IMG/VR virus record: IMGVR_UViG_3300045988_180190
Strand: one strand, 5' to 3'
Source: a virus
DNA length: 64,000 bases
Shown here one piece after another: positions 1-9,007 of the stretch (its first letter is position 1; each line of letters starts with the position of its first letter). The notes below the pieces were generated by a model that saw nothing but the letters and a program-made list of their open reading frames with translations, was not told where the DNA came from and ran no database searches. The position numbers were made by a program, and so were the translations under genes.

Positions 1-2
1 CA

Positions 3-218
3 CAAGGTGTTACTGGATTTTTATACAGTAAACCTGGGACTAAAACCGATGACATGCTTCATGCAATCAACTATGCTACGGTATTGGCAAAGTTAATATG
101 CGGAGAATCGCTATTTGAAGACGAAGCTGGATTAGAATTGTTTCGTAATTACTTTAAATATGGCAGGGATATGCGCCATATTATACGAAATAAACATGCT
201 ACTGTAGCTTCTGTATAA
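3..218 (+). CDS. 3' end of a gene starting upstream of the window (partial CDS); possibly the C-terminus of an RNase-H-fold nuclease (terminase large subunit or RuvC-like)
   Basis: Frame 3 is open from the window edge to TAA at 216-218 (QGVTGFLYSKPGTKTDDMLHAINYATVLAKL...HATVASV*). TDDMLHAINYA resembles the last acidic motif of RNase-H-like nucleases. Only 71 aa are visible, so function is a guess. Confidence 0.3.
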   Translation, partial: QGVTGFLYSKPGTKTDDMLHAINYATVLAKLICGESLFEDEAGLELFRNYFKYGRDMRHIIRNKHATVASV

Positions 219-248
219 TAGCATGCTACTTATTACAGGCCTATAACT

Positions 249-872
249 TTATTCCATATCGGTATTGATTTCTATTTCGGGAAATTTAGGAAGTGTTTCA
301 ATACCTATTTGTCGTAGTTGAAAGCTGATTGCGTTACAATTTTGCTTAATTATGTTATATTCTTCTGGATTTAATTGAAGCTCTTGGGTATCAAATGGCT
401 CATCCTGTAATAATACATTTATAAAATTACGTATAAGAGAGTTAAATTTATATGTAGATACAACTACGTCATCATTGCAAAGACTGACCTCATAAATCCC
501 CCAGAGTACTTCTGGAATAGATATGTCGTCTGTATCCAAATCTGTATCAGCAATCCCCGGGTCTCCCGTGGTTAATGTTTCACATATGGATTTAAACGTT
601 TGCAAGTCATTATAAAAATAGTCCGTGGTTAGCGCCACTAAAATCGCATTCAGTTTGTTTTGGTTGTCTTCGTGTAATTCAACTCCAAAATCCTCTTCCA
701 ACCAAGCAAAAAGAACAAGTGGGTCCACAGTAAATGTTTCTTCCCCGTATTGAATTAGGCAGATAGTAAGCAATACTGTGGCAAACGTATCTGGATTCTC
801 AAGTGCCAGATACGTTTGCTCTAGATTTAATTTAGGTTTCTGTTGTGCAGGTTGCTGTTTGTTAGCGGACAT
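249..872 (-). CDS. hypothetical protein (207 aa, acidic)
   Basis: ATG at 872-870. Abuts the stop of the upstream gene at 874-876. Convergent with the partial plus-strand CDS. No recognisable motif. Confidence 0.7.
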   Translation of the reverse strand: MSANKQQPAQQKPKLNLEQTYLALENPDTFATVLLTICLIQYGEETFTVDPLVLFAWLEEDFGVELHEDNQNKLNAILVALTTDYFYNDLQTFKSICETLTTGDPGIADTDLDTDDISIPEVLWGIYEVSLCNDDVVVSTYKFNSLIRNFINVLLQDEPFDTQELQLNPEEYNIIKQNCNAISFQLRQIGIETLPKFPEIEINTDME

Positions 873-873
873 A

Positions 874-1980
874 TTATGAATGCGCTACTACATGTAGTAC
901 GTTATTAAGATACTCTGAGGTTAACGCCGGGTCTTCCGATATACGTTCGGAGATACAAATGGCATCTTTAGTTTCGTCCTCAATAAGCTTAAAGAAGTTC
1001 TCAGAAGCAGTCTTATTATTTGTAAATGCCACTATACGATCTTTAATCTTTAGTAACTCTTCCTTAGGGACATAGGCATGTGCAATTTTAATATTTCTTT
1101 TACAGAAATCCAGAGCCTCTGCCATTGTCAAATCAGAATTCACATCCGTGTATGGATTTTTTATTTGGGGAGTGTCTATAGATCTTTCTGAAGCTGACTT
1201 ATTATAATATTCTTTATCCAGACGATTTGTCTCACGGTCAACATTATAGATTAAATCCTGGCACTCCATTAAGCAATCCTGCTCATTCAATGCGTCTGAC
1301 TGTATATAATCCTTAATCCATTGGTATTTTTGATTTCCCGTCTTCTTAAATCTATCCTCCAAAAGATCTATCATTCTTTCACCGTCTATTACCCAAAGAG
1401 CACCGTCTTTAGCGACTGTGGAGTTAATTTTAGCATACTTTTTTGACTCCTGCGGAAGTTGATCATATGCTTGCACAATATTTCGTGCCGCATGCACATA
1501 AATATTCGCTGGGAGTTTCCACTTAGCCTCAAGTAAGTCCGTGCTAGATTTTACAATATTTTCTGGAGTATCTATAGGAAAGAATCCTGCACATTTGCTG
1601 GTGTAAGCATACTTTGGAGTTTCATCCTTTGTATCTATGCTTGCGTATTTCTTATGCTTTTGGTCATTAAAATCGATAAGAAACTTCAAGGCTTGTTTAA
1701 GATCCTCACCAATAGAATGAAAGTCTGCAGCACGCTTCAACATTGATTCTAATTGAAGATTACTACGATCTCCTTTGGTAAAGAAATGTAGTGCGGATAA
1801 AAAGGTATTTTCCTTATTATCAATAGGATACTCTCTATTATCTCTATCTGCGAAGAGCTCCGAAGCAAGTTTCTCAAAAGAATCTGTGCTAGTGGAGCTC
1901 TCAGAGATAAATGTAGGTAAGGCATTGGATTGTTTTAAAAGCTCAAATGCCGCAAAGTTACTATCTGAATTTTGGTCCAT
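874..1980 (-). CDS. hypothetical protein (368 aa)
   Basis: Long ORF with ATG at 1980-1978, tightly packed with neighbours. No motif recognised. Confidence 0.75.
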   Translation of the reverse strand: MDQNSDSNFAAFELLKQSNALPTFISESSTSTDSFEKLASELFADRDNREYPIDNKENTFLSALHFFTKGDRSNLQLESMLKRAADFHSIGEDLKQALKFLIDFNDQKHKKYASIDTKDETPKYAYTSKCAGFFPIDTPENIVKSSTDLLEAKWKLPANIYVHAARNIVQAYDQLPQESKKYAKINSTVAKDGALWVIDGERMIDLLEDRFKKTGNQKYQWIKDYIQSDALNEQDCLMECQDLIYNVDRETNRLDKEYYNKSASERSIDTPQIKNPYTDVNSDLTMAEALDFCKRNIKIAHAYVPKEELLKIKDRIVAFTNNKTASENFFKLIEDETKDAICISERISEDPALTSEYLNNVLHVVAHS

Positions 1981-2021
1981 AAGTATTTTATATTAAATTA
2001 TCTGAATTGATCAGACCATTT

Positions 2022-2477
2022 TCAGTCGCTGGCGTCAATACTTTTTGTACATTCAAATGCAATCCATTCCCGTGTAATTTGCGCAATCTCGCGATTGTTT
2101 AATGGAGGAAGTCCGTTATAGTTGTTAGGATCGTCGTTATACACAATATAACCTAACTTACTATAATTTTTACTTTGAGGGTATGGTTCCTCAATTATTG
2201 AAAGATATTGTACGTTATTAAGACTATAAACTGGATTAAAATGCCAATATTTTTTATTTGCATTTGAGTGAATAAATAATTCTATATCCGAAAGTTCTAA
2301 GAATTTATCTGGGTGTTTATATCCTATAAACGGATGCTCCTTACTATAGGTAGCAATAAAAAAGACCGGGAGTTTTGTCTCCCGATCTTTTAAATCAGCG
2401 TAGTAATCTGAGCACCACAATTCTCTTGGATCTCCACCAAAAGGACAGCGTCCACAAGTCTGAGTTTCTTCATCCAT
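2022..2477 (-). CDS. hypothetical protein (151 aa) with N-terminal CxxC...C cluster
   Basis: ATG at 2477-2475. N-terminus MDEETQTCGRCPFGGDPRELWC. Confidence 0.7.
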   Translation of the reverse strand: MDEETQTCGRCPFGGDPRELWCSDYYADLKDRETKLPVFFIATYSKEHPFIGYKHPDKFLELSDIELFIHSNANKKYWHFNPVYSLNNVQYLSIIEEPYPQSKNYSKLGYIVYNDDPNNYNGLPPLNNREIAQITREWIAFECTKSIDASD

Positions 2478-2480
2478 ATG

Positions 2481-2597
2481 CTATAGAGTGTTTTTCGTTG
2501 TATTTTTGCTGCGCTCTGTGGCGTATCTATCGTAAAATAATTTTTGTCTTTGATAAGATTTATAGTGAGCCCAATCTTTTAGGCTCTTAGACTCCAT
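2481..2597 (-). CDS. possible small ORF (38 aa, basic)
   Basis: ATG at 2597-2595 and TAG at 2483-2481, ending 3 nt before the next ATG (MESKSLKDWAHYKSYQRQKLFYDRYATERSKNTTKNTL). Fills an otherwise empty 170-nt gap, but has no clear RBS. Confidence 0.3.
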   Translation of the reverse strand: MESKSLKDWAHYKSYQRQKLFYDRYATERSKNTTKNTL

Positions 2598-2647
2598 TTT
2601 TTTAGCTAAGATAACTGCCACAGCAGTACACAGTAATACCGAAATAC

Positions 2648-2920
2648 TCAAATTTCTATGGTATCTTTATCTTTTGAGTCGGGTGACTCTTTGTTTGTCG
2701 CAAAGCAATCATAAAACCCCTGCTCACAATTTTTAACAGTGGTCTTTAGCCCATTTACATACAGAGAATATCCTACTATGAATACTCCTATTATGCCTAT
2801 GAGCGGAATTGCTACTAACAATGCTACAATTATGCAGAATCCAAATAAACATAATTGTGCTAAACATTTGGTATATTCTAATATTTTATTCATATTCGTT
2901 TTTGGTGTAAATTTTTCCAT
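2648..2920 (-). CDS. small membrane protein (90 aa)
   Basis: ATG at 2920-2918. Long hydrophobic stretch LAQLCLFGFCIIVALLVAIPLIGIIGVFIVGYSLYV, long enough for two TM helices. Confidence 0.7.
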   Translation of the reverse strand: MEKFTPKTNMNKILEYTKCLAQLCLFGFCIIVALLVAIPLIGIIGVFIVGYSLYVNGLKTTVKNCEQGFYDCFATNKESPDSKDKDTIEI

Positions 2921-3034
2921 TTTTTCTGTCGTTTATTGCTTTTCTTTTCTTATTGACATGAACTTGGGTCGGAGGTGCCTTGATCTTTGATCTAAGACTC
3001 AGGGCACCCATTATGGATTTTGTTTTTTTCTTCT

Positions 3035-3700
3035 TCATACTTCAATTTTAATCCCATAACTTTTAAAAAAATTTGTACAAGCACATTGAATTTGAGATAT
3101 AACATTTTGAAAATTATGCACATCTCGAAATTTTATGGCAAAATATATGTTTTTGCTTGCTCTGCTAATAACCCAATTGACACATTCCTCCTCAGGATCT
3201 GAATAAACTGCCATTACATAATTAAATTCATGTTTCTTATGAATATTCAGATCCAAAGGGCGTTTAGTATCAAAAGATATTCCCCATTTGGAGATAGCAC
3301 TGTTGTCACATTGCGCGTTAAGCATCGACGCGCAAGTAAATAATTTTCCGAATATGACACTCGTTACATTGGATAATTTACTATAATCATCTTTGCCAAA
3401 TACTTTATTTGATTCAAATTTTAATTTGTGCTGTTTAAAACCCTTGTCGTCAATTACTTCTTGATATACAGTAAATTTTATTCCGAAATATCCGGAATAA
3501 AATTCATGTCCAGGAATTACCATAGACAAGAATTTTTCCCAAGCACACTTCCAACTACTATTTTTATAGTAATCACTAAGCTCCCACTCACTAAAAGTAA
3601 GATCAATACATAACTTCTCGTCATCTTCCTGAATTGGAACGATGGGTATTGTTACAGTATGCTGGAACACATTTATATAGTATTCTGGTGAAAATTTCAT
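3035..3700 (-). CDS. hypothetical protein (221 aa)
   Basis: ATG at 3700-3698 overlaps the TGA of the tmk-like gene (ATGA coupling). Confidence 0.75.
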   Translation of the reverse strand: MKFSPEYYINVFQHTVTIPIVPIQEDDEKLCIDLTFSEWELSDYYKNSSWKCAWEKFLSMVIPGHEFYSGYFGIKFTVYQEVIDDKGFKQHKLKFESNKVFGKDDYSKLSNVTSVIFGKLFTCASMLNAQCDNSAISKWGISFDTKRPLDLNIHKKHEFNYVMAVYSDPEEECVNWVISRASKNIYFAIKFRDVHNFQNVISQIQCACTNFFKSYGIKIEV

Positions 3701-4374
3701 AATAAAATTTTATTTATATAGTTATATACGTTTTCCGCAAGTGCAGTAGGTTCGCTATCTGCGTTCACATAATGCAAATTGCCCAATAAGTTTGGATAAT
3801 AAACTTGCATAAGTTGAATTTGTTCTTCGTATCTTAGGCGCAGCTTAGTAAACCATTGCAGATCCTTTTTATCCATTGCATCAGAAGAATGCAGCGAAGA
3901 TTCTCTTTTAGCTAATCTTTCGATTATAAGATTTGGTTTTAAATCCAGGTAGATTGTGCTGTCAACTTTTAACAATTTAGAAATTGTTGACAACATTAAG
4001 TCAACCAGCTTAGGGAATTTTCCGGGATACTCCTGCGGAATCATCTGATATACACAGCTAGACAGAACAAATCTGTCACACAATATAACAGGAGAAGACG
4101 CATTTTTAATTTCTTGTAGCAAAAAGTCTTCCAGCATTTCCAATCTTGCTGCAGAAAACAACAAGAATGCGCGGAGCTGTTTAAGCTCCGATGCTGAAAA
4201 GTCATTTGTCTTCAACCACTCACGTACAAATTTCCCAATGGGTGTCCCTCCGTAAGGCTCATTTACGCAGAGCGGTCTAAATCCATCTCTAGATTCAAAA
4301 ATATTGCATAAATTATTGATAAGTGTGGTTTTACCACACCCATCGCAAGCTTCAAATACAATAATTTTAGACAT
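3697..4374 (-). CDS. tmk: thymidylate (dTMP) kinase
   Basis: P-loop IVFEACDGCGKTT, then NEPYGGTPIG, LLFSAARLE, CDRFVLSSCVYQ and YLDLKP..RLAKR, in the order and spacing of bacterial Tmk. AAGGAGGA RBS upstream (4380-4387 region). Confidence 0.85.
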   Translation of the reverse strand: MSKIIVFEACDGCGKTTLINNLCNIFESRDGFRPLCVNEPYGGTPIGKFVREWLKTNDFSASELKQLRAFLLFSAARLEMLEDFLLQEIKNASSPVILCDRFVLSSCVYQMIPQEYPGKFPKLVDLMLSTISKLLKVDSTIYLDLKPNLIIERLAKRESSLHSSDAMDKKDLQWFTKLRLRYEEQIQLMQVYYPNLLGNLHYVNADSEPTALAENVYNYINKILL

Positions 4375-4385
4375 AACTATCCTCC

Positions 4386-4607
4386 TTATTGGTTATAATA
4401 ATCGATTCTTGGTTTTTGATAGCACCCAAAGCCGATCGATACCAGACTTCCGTCACATTCGCATTCCCGAATCCTTCGGGATACCGTTGCTCCGGCACAT
4501 ATGATAAAATTTTTGTCGAGGAGATTATTTGATTGGACAACATCAACAAGTACCTCACGTACTTTTTTTGATTTTGCCTGTTTGGATTTTTGTTTCTGTG
4601 TTGACAT
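4386..4607 (-). CDS. hypothetical small basic protein (73 aa)
   Basis: ATG at 4607-4605 with AAAGGAAA RBS. Lys-rich N-terminus and Cys-rich C-half (ECECDG...GFGC). First gene of the leftward unit, at a divergent junction with 4654. Confidence 0.65.
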   Translation of the reverse strand: MSTQKQKSKQAKSKKVREVLVDVVQSNNLLDKNFIICAGATVSRRIRECECDGSLVSIGFGCYQKPRIDYYNQ

Positions 4608-4653
4608 AATGTTTTTCCTTTTTTGTAATTAGATTAATTAATATTTTTTTATT

Positions 4654-4905
4654 ATGCCCTCGAAATCGAAAGCACAACAAAGATTCTTCGGTATGATATA
4701 TGGGGCTAAAAAGCACCATACCGAAGACAAGTTAACTGGCAAAGCTAAAGAAGTTGCTGATAAACTTACCAAGCGACAAACAAAAGACTTTGCGGAAACC
4801 AAAACTTCTGATCTTCCTGAAACGACTCAGGAAACCAAAAAGCAAGAATACAATAGAAAGGTTGCTTCTGCCTTATGGCAAGAATGTATCCGACTATTTT
4901 CTTGA
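4654..4905 (+). CDS. DUF3008-like small protein (83 aa)
   Basis: N-terminus MPSKSKAQQRFFGMIYGAKK...KDFAETKTSDLPE matches my memory of the MPxKSKAQQ...FAxTKxxxLPE pattern of DUF3008 proteins. One of only three plus-strand genes in the window. Confidence 0.6.
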   Translation: MPSKSKAQQRFFGMIYGAKKHHTEDKLTGKAKEVADKLTKRQTKDFAETKTSDLPETTQETKKQEYNRKVASALWQECIRLFS

Positions 4906-4921
4906 CAATGAAGTTAATACT

Positions 4922-4968
4922 AAAAAAAAACAGATAGGGTTGAAGGCTATAGCCTTCAACCCTATCTG
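4922..4968. terminator. very strong palindromic hairpin; factor-independent terminator for the leftward GC-island unit, possibly bidirectional
   Basis: Perfect palindrome cAGATAGGGTTGAAGGCT-AT-AGCCTTCAACCCTATCTg (4931-4968). It is preceded on the plus strand by A9 (4922-4930), which is a T9 run after the hairpin on the minus strand. On the plus strand it is followed by GGGGGTTTAAG, a weak U-tract. Confidence 0.8.
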
Positions 4969-4981
4969 GGGGTTTAAGAAT

Positions 4982-5030
4982 ATAGCCCACTATTATAAGA
5001 CCGCATAATACGGCAATAGTAGTGGGCTAT
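4982..5030 (-). terminator. second hairpin directly after the stop of the 152-aa gene
   Basis: ATAGCCCACTA (4982-4992) pairs with TAGTGGGCTAT (5020-5030), extendable by 3-4 more pairs. It starts 4 nt after the TAA at 5034-5036. Confidence 0.5.
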
Positions 5031-5033
5031 GTT

Positions 5034-5492
5034 TTACTCCAAAGAACCAAACCCAAGTTCTTTGAATACGGCTTCATCATCCACGCACTTTAGTGCTGGA
5101 GTCGAAATCCAACGTGTGATTCCGTTGGATTTTAACTGCTCAATCACCTGCGCGGCGATTCTCAGAGCCCCCTTGCCCTGGGGAAATCCCCCGCTCCAGA
5201 TCTCGCAAAGCTTACCCTTGTGAAACACAAGGGCTTTACTTTTCTCTGGATTTGCGGGTACTGCCTTCAGGCAGTATACATAAATCCCGGCACCGGCGGC
5301 CCTGGGCATTTTTGCCATTAGGACTTCCGCCTTCATAAAGGCGGAGTGGAGTTCCTTGTGGAACACTTCACCTTCAGCCAGGGGGCGTTCTTCCGGAAGG
5401 CTCGAGCCTATGACCCAAGCTCCCCCCATCTGATCGCGAACCGCAACCAGCGTGAGGGTGACAGCCGTTTTGCTTCTAGAGGACTTAGCCAT
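5034..5492 (-). CDS. hypothetical protein (152 aa) in a GC-rich island; weak GNAT-acetyltransferase-like C-terminal signature
   Basis: ATG at 5492-5490 with AAGGAGGA RBS. The C-terminal segment FPQGKGALRIAAQVIEQLKSNGITRWIS...DDEAVFKELGF resembles GNAT motif A plus the xYxKxGF ending, but the motif is imperfect and the protein ends early. Confidence 0.7.
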   Translation of the reverse strand: MAKSSRSKTAVTLTLVAVRDQMGGAWVIGSSLPEERPLAEGEVFHKELHSAFMKAEVLMAKMPRAAGAGIYVYCLKAVPANPEKSKALVFHKGKLCEIWSGGFPQGKGALRIAAQVIEQLKSNGITRWISTPALKCVDDEAVFKELGFGSLE

Positions 5493-5495
5493 GGC

Positions 5496-5813
5496 TCAAA
5501 ATCCTCCTTTCACTTCTTGGAAGGTTTGTTCTCCCTCTCCTACTTTCTTGGAGTCATTACGGAGCGACTCCAAGATTTCGGCTTTATACTGGGACTTTTT
5601 CATGTCCCAGTATTCCTTGCAGGCGGCGTACCCCGCCTCCGTCCGAATCCTTTCGGATTCTTCAGAAGCTTTTTCCGCCGCTTCTCTTTGGGTGGCGAGA
5701 TAGTCTAACCCATAGGCTACGCCTATGAACAGGACTGCAACCGCCAGGGCGCCGCCAATACCGCCGGTGACCAGTCCGGTGAGAACGGCTACGGTGAACA
5801 ACACTTGTAGCAT
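5496..5813 (-). CDS. membrane-anchored protein (105 aa) in a GC-rich island
   Basis: ATG at 5813-5811 with AAAGGAAA RBS. N-terminal hydrophobic/Gly-rich stretch of about 40 aa (FTVAVLTGLVTGGIGGALAVAVLFIGVAYGL), then a charged helical tail. Its stop is 3 nt before the next ATG. Confidence 0.7.
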   Translation of the reverse strand: MLQVLFTVAVLTGLVTGGIGGALAVAVLFIGVAYGLDYLATQREAAEKASEESERIRTEAGYAACKEYWDMKKSQYKAEILESLRNDSKKVGEGEQTFQEVKGGF

Positions 5814-5831
5814 ATATTTCCTTTCGTTTTT

Positions 5832-5862
5832 GTAAAAGCATATCGGGATAATATGCTTTTAC
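5832..5862 (-). terminator. hairpin between the 1021-aa gene and the GC island (possible terminator or processing site)
   Basis: GTAAAAGCATAT (5832-5843) pairs with ATATGCTTTTAC (5851-5862) around a 7-nt loop. No clear T-run follows on the minus strand, so the function is uncertain. Confidence 0.35.
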
Positions 5863-5912
5863 AGGTTATATAGTTAAAAACATCCCTACAAATATATATA
5901 CCACAAAGTATA

Positions 5913-8900
5913 CTATTTTTTCACAACTTGCTGGGATTGCTCAAACAATTCACGGTCTACAGTACGTGCAGGCTGATTCCAACTAGTCATTTGCAAGACA
6001 ACACCTGCATCTACAAATATTTTTAATTCTTCTGGTTTTATAGGATATCCATCTTTCGTCATCACATCTTGCAACACGTCTTCTACAAAATCTCTATTTA
6101 ATGCATAATAAATTGTAGAACGCTCTGCCTCTCCAGAACTATTTCTGCGCACGTGTCCAAGTTTATGTTTTTTACAACAATAAGTTAATGTATACACCTT
6201 AGACATAACGTTTTCTGGCAACATTGTCTTACGAAATATATATTGTCCATTACCCCCATCTCCCGTGGGGTCAAAGGATAGATGCCTATTTACCTGCTGA
6301 AGTGTCATGCTCATAAGTAAATCCCTTAAAGCTGACGTGGGATTTATTTCTGATTTGCAAGCTACTATAACATTGTCCCACCACAGATAGCTAAAAATTA
6401 GATTCCCTTCGTAAATTAATTGAGTGCCATTTTCTGCAATTTGGTCATCCAAGGCAAATTCTTCGATGTTCACACTAAATAACCATTTAAAAAATCTACT
6501 GATTGTATCAAGAGTAAATTTAGTTACTTGCTTGTATGCCTGTGCGCTTAAACCATAATTTACACTATAAATATCTTTTTCATTTTCTTCTGTAACGTTG
6601 TCTTGTGTGACAAACACAACATATGGATTATTACTGTAGTTATTTAGCATTAACTTTAGATTCTTGCAACGAACATATACGGGATAGTCATTTAAACCGT
6701 CAAAGAGTTTTTTTGACCTTATAAATCGATCGTTGTTAGGGATATTAAATGGCGCAATTTGTCCCAAAGCTAAAAAAACAAATTTAACTAAATTGCGGGC
6801 ATTAACGGAGTCATGTATTAAAAGTGGTTTAGTTTCATAGCCTAAATATTGCCTATATAACACAGATATAATGTAACTAATTACATCTCGCACTCCAGAA
6901 TTTAAAAATTTAGAGTATTTTTTATAACTCATTCTTACTGGAATGTCAGAAGAAAAACAAAGCTTCAAGTCCTTAGACATGCAATTAGTAGCATCTGTAT
7001 TATTGTATGATAAAAATGCAAAAATATTCTGGCTTTTTAGGTTAAACTTTAAGGCTGTGGCCTGCCAAGCCATTGCTGTGTAAACACCATTTGACTTATC
7101 CCACCCCAAGGATAATGTGCCATATTTGCAAGGTGCCTTGTTTATATTATGGCGTATAACACTAAGAAGATTTTTATAAAATGGATTATCGCTACCATCA
7201 AATAATGTAGGTAAACTTAACTTAATATTTTCGTCGTCTTCGATTAAATTAGTAACAGTAAAACGGGTGTAAGCCTTTAAAGCAAGATCTTCAATAGCAG
7301 ATTTCTTTAACAAATCTTTTTTGCTAAAAGCTATTGCATACTCTTGACTTCCCCCCATTATCAAACGACCCTTATGAATTATTTCTTCAGAATCCTTAAA
7401 AATTATATTTTGATCCACTTTGATTATAAAGTTGGAAAGAATTTGCGTATTAGAAGGGTCATCTTTAGGTTCTAATATATATCCGTCTGAGGTCTCCCAT
7501 ATAATAAAGTTATTAAAATCCACCATGTCTCTAGACATTGTGGAAATTTTATTCAGTGCGCCTATATAATTATTTGATTTAGCCCAATCCATTAACCTAC
7601 GCTTGAATGGGAGCTGGTTTACATCAAAAATATCCATGAGATATTGTAACTCCGAAGATACCCCAGTGGAAGTTGTTTTTGATGCCTCTGTGATTAATGC
7701 CTTATATTTATTTTCTACAAAAGCATTAAAAGTGTATAAGTAATCATCTTCTTTATACGCATGGTAGTTGCATACATACAAGTCTGATTCAGAACAGTCC
7801 TTTAGCACTAAGGAGTCATGTAGTGACTTAATAGTTTGTAGGCTGCTATTATGGTCATTTAGAAAAATTAATTTTCTAAACGTACCAAGATTTGATCTAA
7901 GGTTATTAGGCTCGTTTAAATTTATATCTACTGCTAAATAACGTTGATCTTCAAGTTCTAAACATTCTTTAGCGTAATTATGTAGGACAATAGCCTCATA
8001 AATATTTTCGATAACTCTAATCTTAGTATTATTAAAATCAATATGTTGGCTTAATGCATAAATACCTGCAAAAGAATTTTTGTAATTATTCAGATATACC
8101 TGGTAACAATTATTGGTTTTGGGATTAATAAATTTTAAGCTATTGATGATATGATAATCAGCAAAATAAGGTATAACAATCCATTCTTTACTGTCATTAA
8201 ACAGTTTTCCGTTTATAAAAGAAGCAAAGCTGTTATTATCATTTTTTATCTTAAGGTCTCCTTGCTCTATGGAAACTACTTCTGGTGTATATGATAAAAT
8301 ATTATTATCAGAAATAAATTTTAACATATAAAACAAATGCACTGAGTCCATAGCAAACCCTATACCTTTTAAACTGCGTATATTACCTCTTCGCATCCAT
8401 TTTTGTGTCTCTACAAGAATACTAGGGTCTGCGGGGGTTGAGAAAAGCGATGCTACTACAAGATTTAGCACATTTCTGCGCTTAACTAGGATATGATGCA
8501 ATGCCTTTTCAATATATGCGGGTTCATGTAGTAGTTTGGTCTTTAACTGAACCCCATAGTATTTAAAAAATATTCTGAAGGCTTTTGCGTAATCTCCATG
8601 CATATAATGCGCCAACATATCAATAGAAGTCCCAGCTATAAAAAGATTACTTCTTAGTTGCTCTTCTGAAATACCTGAAGATTCCTCTAATTGCTTTAAA
8701 GCATTTATATTAAGATATCCAAATGGGAGTATTCTTAGTAAACTTCCATTAATTCTTGAATAATAACGCTCCATAGAGCCGGGAGATTCCACTGGCAATT
8801 CCTCCAATGTGGAATCTTTTAAAATGAAAGAATCTTCCGCTTCCTCCGGGACTTGGTGTGTCCGCGAAGAATTTGCAGCTTGATCCACTGTATCTTTACT

Positions 8901-8978
8901 GATAGCAAAGCCCAGATCCTTTAAAATAAAGTAGGGGTCAACGCTATCAATAATGTTTTCAATAGTTTTTATTCTCAT
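5913..8978 (-). CDS. large hypothetical protein (1021 aa)
   Basis: Uninterrupted ORF with ATG at 8978-8976. I found no Walker A or polymerase motif. The stretch IRVIENIYEAIVL...LIFLNDHNSS is only vaguely Toprim-like (the DxD is not conserved). Confidence 0.8.
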   Translation of the reverse strand: MRIKTIENIIDSVDPYFILKDLGFAISKDTVDQAANSSRTHQVPEEAEDSFILKDSTLEELPVESPGSMERYYSRINGSLLRILPFGYLNINALKQLEESSGISEEQLRSNLFIAGTSIDMLAHYMHGDYAKAFRIFFKYYGVQLKTKLLHEPAYIEKALHHILVKRRNVLNLVVASLFSTPADPSILVETQKWMRRGNIRSLKGIGFAMDSVHLFYMLKFISDNNILSYTPEVVSIEQGDLKIKNDNNSFASFINGKLFNDSKEWIVIPYFADYHIINSLKFINPKTNNCYQVYLNNYKNSFAGIYALSQHIDFNNTKIRVIENIYEAIVLHNYAKECLELEDQRYLAVDINLNEPNNLRSNLGTFRKLIFLNDHNSSLQTIKSLHDSLVLKDCSESDLYVCNYHAYKEDDYLYTFNAFVENKYKALITEASKTTSTGVSSELQYLMDIFDVNQLPFKRRLMDWAKSNNYIGALNKISTMSRDMVDFNNFIIWETSDGYILEPKDDPSNTQILSNFIIKVDQNIIFKDSEEIIHKGRLIMGGSQEYAIAFSKKDLLKKSAIEDLALKAYTRFTVTNLIEDDENIKLSLPTLFDGSDNPFYKNLLSVIRHNINKAPCKYGTLSLGWDKSNGVYTAMAWQATALKFNLKSQNIFAFLSYNNTDATNCMSKDLKLCFSSDIPVRMSYKKYSKFLNSGVRDVISYIISVLYRQYLGYETKPLLIHDSVNARNLVKFVFLALGQIAPFNIPNNDRFIRSKKLFDGLNDYPVYVRCKNLKLMLNNYSNNPYVVFVTQDNVTEENEKDIYSVNYGLSAQAYKQVTKFTLDTISRFFKWLFSVNIEEFALDDQIAENGTQLIYEGNLIFSYLWWDNVIVACKSEINPTSALRDLLMSMTLQQVNRHLSFDPTGDGGNGQYIFRKTMLPENVMSKVYTLTYCCKKHKLGHVRRNSSGEAERSTIYYALNRDFVEDVLQDVMTKDGYPIKPEELKIFVDAGVVLQMTSWNQPARTVDRELFEQSQQVVKK

Positions 8979-9007
8979 TTCTTTATTTATGTTTTGTTTA
9001 TGATCAT

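Noticed and set aside
3009-3011. About 41-aa basic minus-strand ORF starting at the ATG at 3011 (MGALSLRSKIKAPPTQVHVNKKRKAINDRKNGKIYTKNEYE) overlapping the start of the 90-aa membrane-protein gene
   Set aside because: It has no RBS and overlaps the next gene out of frame. The region also forms a GGTGCC/GGCACC hairpin with a TTGATC direct repeat, so it is more likely non-coding.
5346-5708. Plus-strand ORFs 5029-5223, 5346-5708 and 5452-5703 inside the GC-rich island
   Set aside because: High GC content suppresses stop codons on all frames. The minus-strand pair has strong RBSs, coupled stop/start and flanking terminators, whereas the plus-strand ORFs have none.
5034-5813. GNAT-toxin/antitoxin interpretation of the GC-island gene pair
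   Set aside because: The GNAT resemblance is limited to an imperfect motif A. The partner is a membrane protein, not an RHH/DUF1778-type antitoxin, and the gene order does not match known TacT/AtaT modules. I kept only a weak annotation note.
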